From an uncultured Prochlorococcus sp. (GTDB taxonomy: Bacteria > Cyanobacteriota > Cyanobacteriia > PCC-6307 > Cyanobiaceae), in the NCBI GenBank assembly GCA_902534675.1, contig CACAQQ010000001.1:24177-88176 (forward strand): a DNA stretch of 64,000 nucleotides, read 5' to 3'. The notes beneath the pieces are model-generated. The model was given only the letters and a program-made list of their open reading frames with translations. It did not search any database and was not told where the DNA came from. This document shows, one piece after another, positions 55,200 through 64,000 of this stretch. Position 1 is the first letter of the stretch. Every line of letters begins with the position of its first letter. The position numbers and the translations under genes are program-made.

Positions 55200-55688
55200 A
55201 TAATCTCTGACTAATTGCTGTTGAACCCGGGACTTTATACCCAACAAAATCCCATTTAATACCGAATGACCAGTAGATTCTAGAATTCTTCTTGGTACCA
55301 GCTTCAAAAGAGGGGGTTGGCTCACAGATACTCCTAAAAGCGCCTCTCCTTCTAATCCAATATCAGTTGCCTGCAAATTCGCTTTTAAAATAAGATTAAA
55401 GTCATCTATTATACCTAATCCATCCAATGTGCTATCTAGAGCACTCATTCTTAAAATGCCATCTTCATTCTCTACCCTAATTGAAACAACAGGGTTAATA
55501 TCTAATTGAAAAACCTTAAAACTTGTTACTGTATACTTGTATCTACCATTCCCTTCAGGTACTAATTTTTTGGAGTCAAGCATTGCTCCAACAACTCTTT
55601 CTTCTTCTAAAAGATACTTAGAAAGATATTCTTTTTTTTGTGTTACGGAAAGCCTGAGTTTCTGTTTAGCATCAAAAGACAATAACAT
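55170..55688 (-). CDS. DUF1997-family protein
   Basis: F.A.Q, L..YL, PP.L.L.P...LE.TG..VL and QL..DY..W. Confidence 0.82.
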   Translation of the reverse strand: MLLSFDAKQKLRLSVTQKKEYLSKYLLEEERVVGAMLDSKKLVPEGNGRYKYTVTSFKVFQLDINPVVSIRVENEDGILRMSALDSTLDGLGIIDDFNLILKANLQATDIGLEGEALLGVSVSQPPLLKLVPRRILESTGHSVLNGILLGIKSRVQQQLVRDYLDWCEFNKI

Positions 55689-55740
55689 TTTCTATAGCCC
55701 TCCAATGCTTATTTGAACTCTTTTTTTCTTACAATTAATC

Positions 55741-56586
55741 ATGCGCAAACAAGTTGCATATCTTGGCCCCAAAGGGACATATGCAGAAAAAGCAGCTCAT
55801 ATATTATCAAAGCTTGCCAATTTTCAGACACCTATATTTGTACCATGTAATGGGTTACATTCGGTTATAAAATCAATAGCCTACAAAAATTGTGATGCTG
55901 CTGTAGTTCCTATTGAAAATTCTGTAGAAGGCGGAGTATCAGCCACTCTAGATGCCCTATGGAAATTTCCTGATATATTTATCAATAAAGCAATTGTTTT
56001 ACCCATAAAACATGCGTTAATTAGTGACGGAGAACTTTCAATTATTTCAGAGGTATTATCTCATCCTCAAGCATTAGCTCAATGTTCAGAATGGTTATCA
56101 GCAAACCTTCCAAATGCGATCCCTCTTCCAACAAATTCAACTTCAGAAGCTGTAAACATGGTTAAGGGGAGTAAATTTAGAGCAGCTATTGGTTCAAAAT
56201 CATTAATTCATATCGAAGGACTTAAAGAATTAGCATTTCCTATTAATGATGTACCAGGTAATTGCACTAGATTTGTCTTATTAAGCAAAGAATCAAATTC
56301 TAATTCAGCTAATATTGCTAGTTTTGCTTTTTCATTAATCTCAAATAAACCTGGTGCTTTACTAAAAGCGATAAATTATATAGCAGATTTTGGATTTAAT
56401 ATGAGTAAAATAGAGTCTAGGCCTTCCAAGAGAGAGCTTGGTGAATATATAATTTATATTGATTTAGAAATAAAAAATCAAAAAAATCTTGAGAATTTTC
56501 TTGAATTAAAAAATAAATTAAAACCACTATGCAAAAACTTTGTAGATTTTGGAAATTATTTCTCTGAAAATATTGAACTAGATTAA
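55741..56586 (+). CDS. pheA: Prephenate dehydratase
   Basis: YLGPKGT, PIENSVEG, SHPQALAQC, TRF and ACT-domain ESRP. Confidence 0.96.
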   Translation: MRKQVAYLGPKGTYAEKAAHILSKLANFQTPIFVPCNGLHSVIKSIAYKNCDAAVVPIENSVEGGVSATLDALWKFPDIFINKAIVLPIKHALISDGELSIISEVLSHPQALAQCSEWLSANLPNAIPLPTNSTSEAVNMVKGSKFRAAIGSKSLIHIEGLKELAFPINDVPGNCTRFVLLSKESNSNSANIASFAFSLISNKPGALLKAINYIADFGFNMSKIESRPSKRELGEYIIYIDLEIKNQKNLENFLELKNKLKPLCKNFVDFGNYFSENIELD

Positions 56587-56587
56587 A

Positions 56588-57523
56588 TTATCCTCTACAT
56601 TTATAAACTCCAAATTCCATTAAACCTCTTCTAAATGCCCAATTCATAAGTAGTATTGTTGGGATTTCTCTAATAGACTTTACAATTGCTAAAGGTCCTA
56701 GAGACAAAATTGCAGAAGGTCTTCGAATTCCTTCAAAAATAGAATCATACCATGAGGGATTTGTATAAGAATTCCAATTTTCAGAATAAACTCTTCCTGC
56801 ACTATTCTTATTAGATCTGAGCATATCACTAAATTCTTTGATACTAATAAAGTTAGGATGTACCCACTGTTCAAGTAATTGTTTTATAACTAACTTCTCA
56901 ATAAAAGATGGCGGGTACGCTCTAAGATCTCTTGAATTCCAATCAGCCAATGTCAAATAGCCACCTGGTCTCAAAGTTCTAAGCATTTCATCTGCAAACT
57001 TATTTTTATCATTCATATGTGCACCTGCCTCAACACTCCATACAGCATCAAATGATCCATCTGCAAACTTCAAATCTAATGCGTCCATAACTTGAAAGTT
57101 ACAATTAAGTCCACTTGGAGTAAGCTCTTTTGCTCTTTTTACTTGAGCAGGACTAATAGTAATACCAGTAACATTAAATCCATAATATTTTGCAAGAATC
57201 CTAGAACTTCCTCCTATTCCGCAGCCGACATCAAGTATTCTGGAACCTTTTGGCAATTGATCTAAACCACTCCAATTTACTAACTCATGAACTAACTGTA
57301 CTTTAGCCTGTCTAAAATTAATATTCTCACTCCCTGAGGGATAAAAACCTAAATGTATATGTTCCCCCCATAATCTCTCAAGCAATTTATCCTGAGTCCA
57401 CGCATCATATGCAGATGCCACTGTATCGGATGAAATATATTTTCTAGTATTTATCCTCCAAAGGATTGACAGTGCTAAAAGTAATAAAACTAGTAATACA
57501 AAAGGCAATAGAAATTCAAGCAT
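56588..57523 (-). CDS. SAM-dependent prenylquinol methyltransferase (MPBQ/MSBQ-MT, Sll0418-like)
   Basis: N-terminal TM anchor, WGEHIHLG, LDVGCGIGGS, WSVEAG.H and LADWN.RD. Confidence 0.8.
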   Translation of the reverse strand: MLEFLLPFVLLVLLLLALSILWRINTRKYISSDTVASAYDAWTQDKLLERLWGEHIHLGFYPSGSENINFRQAKVQLVHELVNWSGLDQLPKGSRILDVGCGIGGSSRILAKYYGFNVTGITISPAQVKRAKELTPSGLNCNFQVMDALDLKFADGSFDAVWSVEAGAHMNDKNKFADEMLRTLRPGGYLTLADWNSRDLRAYPPSFIEKLVIKQLLEQWVHPNFISIKEFSDMLRSNKNSAGRVYSENWNSYTNPSWYDSIFEGIRRPSAILSLGPLAIVKSIREIPTILLMNWAFRRGLMEFGVYKCRG

Positions 57524-58180
57524 TTAATTTTCTTTTATGTCACGAAAACTTTCTTTCAAAGCAGTTCTTGCTGCAAGTTGTTTTCTTGTATGATCAAGCA
57601 TTTCATATTCTCTTTGCAAACGACTATAAGTATTTCTTTCCTCTAGAAGTCTTTGCTGTTCTCCTGCTACAGGACCACCTAAATGAGCCCCTATCCAAAA
57701 TGATAATTCCATAGCATTGTCTGGTAATTTATCAGGCAAGCTTTTCTTGGTATTTGTTAATTTACTTGTGAGGTTAATAACATCACTAAGTGCTTCTCTG
57801 ACTGAGTCTTTAAGAGAATCTAATTTTTGAATGTTATCAATATTATCATCATCAATCCAACTCACCATAGCCGAACAAAATGGAGTTGAACGTATGATTT
57901 CTAAGACCTGAAATCTTTGTTGTCCCAAAGTGATTATATTACTTCTCCCATCTTCTGCTGTTTGGTGTTTAATTATTTGGGCGCAACAACCAACATTGGC
58001 CATACTTTTAGTGTGAGGATCCCATTTAATAACCCCAAACATAGAATCTGTTTCAAGAACAGATTGAAGCATAATTCTGTATCTAGATTCAAAAATATGT
58101 AAAGGCAATACCTCTTGAGGAAAAAGGACTACCTCTGGCAAAGGAAATAAAGGTAATTCCCTTACAGAGAGTTCTCCCAT
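57524..58180 (-). CDS. Stand-alone Lon N-terminal substrate-binding domain protein
   Basis: LPLFPL and LPLHIFE.RY..M; no AAA or protease domain. Confidence 0.9.
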   Translation of the reverse strand: MGELSVRELPLFPLPEVVLFPQEVLPLHIFESRYRIMLQSVLETDSMFGVIKWDPHTKSMANVGCCAQIIKHQTAEDGRSNIITLGQQRFQVLEIIRSTPFCSAMVSWIDDDNIDNIQKLDSLKDSVREALSDVINLTSKLTNTKKSLPDKLPDNAMELSFWIGAHLGGPVAGEQQRLLEERNTYSRLQREYEMLDHTRKQLAARTALKESFRDIKEN

Positions 58181-58234
58181 TTAAACCTCATTATTTATTT
58201 TATATTAATCAATTTAGATAACTTTTGGGATCTC

Positions 58235-58555
58235 TTAAAGTTTAACTTCAATATCTACACCACTTGGAAGATCCAACTTCATTAAAGCATCAATTGTTTT
58301 TGCTGAAGGGCTATATATATCTATTATTCTTCTATGAGTTCTTGTTTCAAAATGCTCTCTGGAATCTTTATCAACATGTGGCGATCTGAGAACACAATAA
58401 ATTTTCCTTTTCGTTGGTAAGGGTATTGGACCTATTGCTGAAGCGGAAGTAGTATCAGCAGTTTGAATTATTTTATCGCAAGACAAATCAAGCATTCTTC
58501 TATCAAATGCTTTAAGTCTGATTCTTATTTTTTGTTGTGCAATTGATGCAGTCAT
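58235..58555 (-). CDS. rpsJ: 30S ribosomal protein S10
   Basis: [16 protein letters not shown] and [13 protein letters not shown]. Confidence 0.99.
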   Translation of the reverse strand: MTASIAQQKIRIRLKAFDRRMLDLSCDKIIQTADTTSASAIGPIPLPTKRKIYCVLRSPHVDKDSREHFETRTHRRIIDIYSPSAKTIDALMKLDLPSGVDIEVKL

Positions 58556-58578
58556 AATTTGAAATTCACTTCTAGATG

Positions 58579-58602
58579 AGGGTCATTTATTAAAATGACC
58601 CT
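58579..58602 (-). terminator. Stem-loop between tuf and rpsJ
   Basis: Perfect 10-bp inverted repeat AGGGTCATTT / AAATGACCCT with a 4-nt loop. No U-tract on the mRNA strand. Confidence 0.55.
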
Positions 58603-58655
58603 TTCCTTATCCTTATATTAGATGATTGAGGTTAAATTTTTAAAATTCAAATATA

Positions 58656-59855
58656 TTATTTGAGTATTTTAGAAACAACTCCGGCACCGATAGTACGTCC
58701 ACCTTCACGAATTGCGAATCGCATACCTTGTTCAATAGCTACTGGACAAATTAATTCTCCAGTCATCTTTATCCTGTCTCCTGGCATAACCATTTCAACA
58801 TTAGAGCCATCATCAGAGGTAAATGCTGTTATTTGGCCTGTCACATCAGTAGTTCTGATGTAGAACTGAGGTCTATATCCTGCAAAGAAAGGAGTATGTC
58901 TTCCGCCCTCCTCTTTTTTGAGAACATAAACTTCTCCTTCAAACTGAGTATGAGGGGTAATAGATCCTTTCTTAACAAGTACCATTCCTCTCTCAATATC
59001 TTCTTTCTGGACGCCACGTAAAAGTAAACCAACATTATCACCGGCCATACCTTCATCAAGAAGTTTTCGGAACATTTCAACGCCAGTAACAGTTGTTACT
59101 CTTGTATCTCTTATTCCAACTATTTCGACTTCTTCTCCTACCTTAACTTTACCTCTCTCAATTCTTCCAGTAGCAACAGTTCCTCTACCAGTAATTGAGA
59201 AAACGTCTTCAACTGCCATCAAAAATGGTTTATCAACTTCTCTTTCTGGTTCAGGAATGCTAGCATCAACAGCTTTCATTAATTCTTCAATCTTTGATTC
59301 CCAAGTTGAATCACCTTCTAGAGCTTTTAAACCTGAAACTTGGACTATTGGAATGTCATCTCCAGGGAAATCATAACTATCTAACAGTTCTCTAATTTCC
59401 ATTTCGACAAGTTCAATAATTTCTTCATCATCGACCATATCGCACTTGTTTAGAGCTACTACAAGGGCAGGCACCCCAACTTGTTTAGCCAGAAGAATAT
59501 GTTCTTTAGTTTGTGCCATAGGGCCATCTGTAGCAGCACAAACTAGGATAGCTCCATCCATTTGGGCTGCCCCCGTAATCATGTTTTTTACATAGTCAGC
59601 ATGTCCAGGGCAGTCGACATGAGCATAATGTCTGCCTTCAGTTTCATATTCGACGTGAGCTGTGTTGATAGTAATTCCACGCTCTCTTTCTTCAGGAGCA
59701 CCATCAATGTCTCCGTAGTCTTGAGCTTGTGCTTGACCTTTTTTAGCTAATACGTTTGTAATAGCAGCAGTAAGTGTTGTTTTTCCATGATCAACATGGC
59801 CAATAGTACCTATGTTGACATGTGGTTTGTTCCTTTCGAACTTCTCGCGAGCCAT
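58656..59855 (-). CDS. tuf: Elongation factor Tu
   Basis: [18 protein letters not shown] and NKCD. Confidence 0.99.
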   Translation of the reverse strand: MAREKFERNKPHVNIGTIGHVDHGKTTLTAAITNVLAKKGQAQAQDYGDIDGAPEERERGITINTAHVEYETEGRHYAHVDCPGHADYVKNMITGAAQMDGAILVCAATDGPMAQTKEHILLAKQVGVPALVVALNKCDMVDDEEIIELVEMEIRELLDSYDFPGDDIPIVQVSGLKALEGDSTWESKIEELMKAVDASIPEPEREVDKPFLMAVEDVFSITGRGTVATGRIERGKVKVGEEVEIVGIRDTRVTTVTGVEMFRKLLDEGMAGDNVGLLLRGVQKEDIERGMVLVKKGSITPHTQFEGEVYVLKKEEGGRHTPFFAGYRPQFYIRTTDVTGQITAFTSDDGSNVEMVMPGDRIKMTGELICPVAIEQGMRFAIREGGRTIGAGVVSKILK

Positions 59856-59900
59856 TTTGAATTAAAGAATCGAGGGTTTAAGAGTGTTTTAGTTTAGAGA

Positions 59901-61976
59901 TCAGGAATTGCCCTGATTCTTGGAAATGATAGCTTCCGCAACATTACGAGGAACTTCCTCATAATTTGCGAACTCCATTGAAAATATACCCCGACCTTGA
60001 GTCATTGATCGGAGTTGAGTGGCATAACCGAACATTTCGGCTAAGGGCACTTTGGCCTGTACCTTAGACAATCCATCGTCAACAGATTGTCCTTCTACTT
60101 GACCTCTTCTAGAGGAGAGATCACCAATTACAGATCCAAGAAAGTCGTCAGGACTTTCGACCTCAACTTTCATCATAGGCTCTAGAAGGACAGGATTGCA
60201 TTTTTTAACCCCGTCTTTAAAAGCCATGGAACCTGCAATTTTGAAGGCCATTTCAGATGAGTCTACATCGTGGAATGAACCATCGACTAGTGTTACTTTT
60301 ACATCAATGAGTGGATAACCGGCAAGAACACCAGATTCACAGGTTTCTTTCATTCCATTAGATGCAGGACCAATGTACTCTTTTGGTACAGCTCCACCAA
60401 CAATTTTGTTTACAAATTCAAAACCTTTACCAACTTCAGCAGGTTCCATTTCAATAATTACATGACCATATTGTCCTTTTCCTCCAGTTTGTCTTGCATA
60501 TTTGCCTTCACCTTTAGAACTAGACCTAATGGTCTCCCTATATGAAACCTGAGGAGCTCCTATATTTGCTTCAACCTTAAATTCCCTTAACATTCTGTCA
60601 ACAAGGATTTCTAGGTGCAACTCACCCATACCTGCAATAACAGTTTGATTCGTCTCAGGATCTGTACTTACCCTAAAAGTTGGATCCTCTTCAGATAAAG
60701 CAGTTAAAGCTTTTGATAATTTTTCCATATCTCCTTTTGTTTTTGGCTCAACCGCCACAGAGATAACTGGTTCAGGGATAAACAGTGTTTCCAAAACTAT
60801 TGGATCTTCTGTGTTGCATAAAGTGTCACCAGTTGTTGTGTTCTTAAGACCTAGTACAGCACCTAAATCCCCAGCCCTCAATTCATCAACCTCTTCTCTT
60901 TCATCAGCCTTAAGAATCACTAATCTAGAAATTCTCTCTTTAGCATCCTTAGTAGAATTCATTACATAACTTCCTTTTGAAAGAACACCTGAATACATTC
61001 TGACAAAAGTTAATTTCCCATATGGATCTGACATCACTTTGAAAGCTAATGCACTGAAAGGAGCATTATCATCTGAAGGTCTAATATCTTCTTTGCCGCT
61101 TGGTAAAACACCTTGTATTGGTTTCACATCAACTGGAGCTGGTAAGTAATCAACTACAGCGTCTAATACAAGTTGGACGCCTTTATTCTTAAAAGCTGAA
61201 CCACACAAAACAGGAACTAATCCATGTTTTAAAACACCTTCTCTAATACCTTTTTTTAGTTGTTCTTCGGATAATTCTCCTGTTTCAAGAAAAATTTCAA
61301 TTAACTCTTCATCATTTTCTGCGACGCTCTCCATTAACTTGAATCTCCACTCAGTCGCCTCTTCCTCCATTTCAGATGGAATTGGTGCTTCTTCTATATC
61401 AGTTCCTAAGTCATTTTTGTAAAGATACGCTTTGTTGGCGACTAAATCAATAATTCCAGTAAGATCGCCTTCTGCTCCAATAGGTAGCTGAATTGGGAGT
61501 GCATTTGCCTTTAGTCGATCTTTAATTTGTTTATTAACTTTTAGAAAATCTGCACCTGTCCTATCCATTTTATTAACAAAAACCATTCTTGGGACAGAAT
61601 ATCTATCTGCTTGACGCCAAACTGTTTCAGATTGAGGCTGAACTCCGCCAACTGCACAAAATACAGCTATTACTCCGTCTAAGACTCGCATTGATCTTTC
61701 CACTTCAATTGTAAAATCAACGTGTCCAGGTGTATCAATAATATTAATTCTGTGATCTTGCCAACTAGTAGATATTGCGGCAGCAGTAATTGTTATTCCT
61801 CTTTCACGTTCTTGAGCCATCCAATCTGTTACTGCAGCACCATCATGTACTTCTCCTATCTTGTGAACAACACCTGAATAAAACAAAATTCTTTCAGTAG
61901 TTGTAGTCTTCCCTGCATCGATGTGAGCGGCTATACCTATGTTCCTTACTCGTTCTAGGGGAAAGTCGCGTGCCAA
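59901..61976 (-). CDS. fusA: Elongation factor G
   Basis: [17 protein letters not shown] and GMGELHL. Start moved to TTG 61976 (691 aa). Confidence 0.98.
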   Translation of the reverse strand: MARDFPLERVRNIGIAAHIDAGKTTTTERILFYSGVVHKIGEVHDGAAVTDWMAQERERGITITAAAISTSWQDHRINIIDTPGHVDFTIEVERSMRVLDGVIAVFCAVGGVQPQSETVWRQADRYSVPRMVFVNKMDRTGADFLKVNKQIKDRLKANALPIQLPIGAEGDLTGIIDLVANKAYLYKNDLGTDIEEAPIPSEMEEEATEWRFKLMESVAENDEELIEIFLETGELSEEQLKKGIREGVLKHGLVPVLCGSAFKNKGVQLVLDAVVDYLPAPVDVKPIQGVLPSGKEDIRPSDDNAPFSALAFKVMSDPYGKLTFVRMYSGVLSKGSYVMNSTKDAKERISRLVILKADEREEVDELRAGDLGAVLGLKNTTTGDTLCNTEDPIVLETLFIPEPVISVAVEPKTKGDMEKLSKALTALSEEDPTFRVSTDPETNQTVIAGMGELHLEILVDRMLREFKVEANIGAPQVSYRETIRSSSKGEGKYARQTGGKGQYGHVIIEMEPAEVGKGFEFVNKIVGGAVPKEYIGPASNGMKETCESGVLAGYPLIDVKVTLVDGSFHDVDSSEMAFKIAGSMAFKDGVKKCNPVLLEPMMKVEVESPDDFLGSVIGDLSSRRGQVEGQSVDDGLSKVQAKVPLAEMFGYATQLRSMTQGRGIFSMEFANYEEVPRNVAEAIISKNQGNS

Positions 61977-62072
61977 TTTTAAAGCTCCAAATAAAATGAT
62001 TTTTGATGAATACAGTTCACTTATAAGCAAACTTCATTAATAATAAACTACTTAAGTACCTTTTTGATGAAA

Positions 62073-62543
62073 TTAATATCTGTAATGTGCAAAAGCTTTA
62101 TTAGCTTCTGCCATTTTATGAGTGTCTTCTCTTTTTTTAACTGCACTACCAGTTTCATTTGCTGCATCCATCAGCTCTCCAGCAAGTTTTTGGGACATAC
62201 TTTTACCATTCCTTGCACGTGAGAATGTAACAAGCCATCTTAATGCCATAGCTGTACCCCTCTCTTGGCGTACTTCCATAGGTACTTGATATGTTGCACC
62301 ACCAACTCTTCTAGCTCGTACCTCGACAAGAGGAGTAGCATTCTTTACAGCTGTTTCAAATAATTCAACTGCATTTCCTCCTGTTCTCTCGCTTATTAAA
62401 GAAAAAGCATCAGACAATATTCTTTGAGCTGTAGATTTTTTACCATGTTTCATCAATCTAGAAATCATCATTGAAGCAAGACGACTATTAAATTGAGGAT
62501 CTGGAAGAACTGGTCTTTTTACTGCTGCATTACGACGTGACAT
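62073..62543 (-). CDS. rpsG: 30S ribosomal protein S7
   Basis: [11 protein letters not shown] and [11 protein letters not shown]. Confidence 0.99.
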   Translation of the reverse strand: MSRRNAAVKRPVLPDPQFNSRLASMMISRLMKHGKKSTAQRILSDAFSLISERTGGNAVELFETAVKNATPLVEVRARRVGGATYQVPMEVRQERGTAMALRWLVTFSRARNGKSMSQKLAGELMDAANETGSAVKKREDTHKMAEANKAFAHYRY

Positions 62544-62568
62544 GTTTTTAAAAAGTGGTGTTTACAAA

Positions 62569-62943
62569 TTAATCTTTTGGAGCTTTTGCTCCATACTTAG
62601 ATCTGGATTGACGTCTATCTTTGACTCCAGCAGTATCTAAAGTTCCTCTTATTATATGATATCTAACCCCTGGCAAATCCTTAACTCTTCCCCCCCTAAG
62701 TAACACTACAGAGTGTTCTTGTAAATTATGGCCAATCCCAGGGATATAAGCAGTCACTTCGAAACCAGAAGTTAATCTCACCCGTGCAACTTTTCTTAAA
62801 GCTGAATTAGGTTTTTTAGGTGTTGATGTATAAACTCTTGTACAAACCCCTCTTCTTTCAGGGCAAGCTTTTAATGCAGGGGATTTTGTTTTCCTAGTCA
62901 GACGTTTTCTTTCTGAACCTATTAATTGCGAGATTGTGGGCAT
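62569..62943 (-). CDS. rpsL: 30S ribosomal protein S12
   Basis: [11 protein letters not shown] and [10 protein letters not shown]. Confidence 0.99.
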   Translation of the reverse strand: MPTISQLIGSERKRLTRKTKSPALKACPERRGVCTRVYTSTPKKPNSALRKVARVRLTSGFEVTAYIPGIGHNLQEHSVVLLRGGRVKDLPGVRYHIIRGTLDTAGVKDRRQSRSKYGAKAPKD

Positions 62944-63138
62944 TTAATATATTTTTAAAAAAATAAACATCTTAATATCATAACCTTTGACGAGTACCAA
63001 CTAAAAGTTTTTAATGATATTTCTTTTAAAATTTGTGAAATTAAAATTCTTTGGTAAATATTCATTATCTTTAGATTTATTTTCATATTTATTTTTATAA
63101 TAGAAATACATAAATAACTAAATAAAATTAAATAATCT

Positions 63139-64000
63139 ATGGGAGAGAGTATCAAAAGAAACGTTGGTCGATATCAAGATAGTTATTCCCCAAATGGAAT
63201 AATTGGTGAAAAAGATGCGTGTGGAGTTGGTTTCATAGCAAATATTAGAGGGTTAGAAAGCAACTGGATCCTAAAACAATCCCTTAAAGGTCTTAACTGC
63301 ATGGAACATAGAGGAGGTTGTGGCGGGGATAGTGACTCCGGAGATGGAGCGGGCATTTTATGTTCAATTCCCTGGAATTACTTAGAAAAAAAAGTGAATC
63401 TTGAAAATAAAAAAGACTATGATAAAGGTTTAGGCATGATTTTTATGCCTAATAAAAAAGACAAAATTGAAGAATGTAAATCAATATGTGAAGAAGAAGC
63501 AGAAAAATTAAGAATCAACAAAACATATTGGAGAACAGTACCTGTTAATAATGAAATTTTAGGTCCTTTGGCTAAAGCAAATGCTCCATTTATAAGTCAG
63601 TGGATTTTATTAATTGATAAAAAAGATAACAATGATATTGAGAGGCTTCTATTTCAATTAAGGAAAAGAATTGAGAAAAAAATAAGAGAAAGTTTTAAAA
63701 ACCATGTTGGGGATTGTGAATTTTATTTTGCCTCTTTAAGTTCCAAAACAGTTGTATATAAAGGTATGGTTCGTTCTGAAATATTATCGGAGTTTTATCA
63801 AGACTTAAAAGAAGAGAGTTTTAAAGTCTCATTTTCCGTTTACCATAGGAGGTTTAGTACTAATACACTTCCAAAATGGCCACTAGCTCAGCCTATGAGA
63901 TTCTTAGGTCATAACGGAGAAATTAATACTCTTTTAGGTAATATCAACTGGGCTAAAGCTTCAGAAACATACTTAGATGATTTTTGGGGAGAATTATCTA
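63139..64000 (+). CDS. gltB: Ferredoxin-dependent glutamate synthase (5' part; runs off the window)
   Basis: Hand translation: MGESIKRNVG...EKDACGVGFIA...MEHRGGCGGD.DSGDGAG; later YHRRFSTNT and GHNGEINT. Confidence 0.96.
   Translation, partial: MGESIKRNVGRYQDSYSPNGIIGEKDACGVGFIANIRGLESNWILKQSLKGLNCMEHRGGCGGDSDSGDGAGILCSIPWNYLEKKVNLENKKDYDKGLGMIFMPNKKDKIEECKSICEEEAEKLRINKTYWRTVPVNNEILGPLAKANAPFISQWILLIDKKDNNDIERLLFQLRKRIEKKIRESFKNHVGDCEFYFASLSSKTVVYKGMVRSEILSEFYQDLKEESFKVSFSVYHRRFSTNTLPKWPLAQPMRFLGHNGEINTLLGNINWAKASETYLDDFWGELS

Noticed and set aside
62955-63155. 66-aa ORF between rpsL and gltB
   Set aside because: Low-complexity I/K/N/L translation of promoter DNA that overlaps the gltB start.

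Overview
A very AT-rich, densely packed core-genome segment of a marine picocyanobacterium, most likely a high-light-type Prochlorococcus (inferred from the split rpoC1/rpoC2, an hli gene, the b and b' ATP synthase subunits, the bioF-bioK-bioC-bioD-bioA cluster, gene order and codon bias). Contents in order: the large ATP synthase operon (with the ATPC RNA motif and a Fed2-like ferredoxin), ftsW-ccdA-ccs1, queF, glnB, tlyA, purB-fumC, a Ski2-like helicase, the biotin cluster, a block of poorly characterised redox/Fe-S genes, rlmN-hli-rpoC2-rpoC1-rpoB, tatD-rpsT, hisD, rpiA, an HtrA protease, rimP-nusA-ylxR-infB, tRNA-Thr(CGT), a B12/radical-SAM gene, clpS-dapL, rne-rnhB, pheA, the str operon and the 5' end of Fd-GOGAT. 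I saw no mobile element, prophage, CRISPR array, defence island or frameshifted gene. The ORF track misses a 41-aa membrane microprotein, a 50-aa HLIP, the tRNA and the two edge genes. The best leads are (1) a DUF2997-Ycf35-ferredoxin-aldo/keto reductase operon behind a promoter with NtcA class II spacing, flanked by a Cys-rich HEAT protein, the microprotein and a J-domain gene, and (2) an apparent promoter/5'-structure/3'-hairpin cassette around the ATP synthase c-subunit gene. Family names are from motif recognition and recall, not from database searches.
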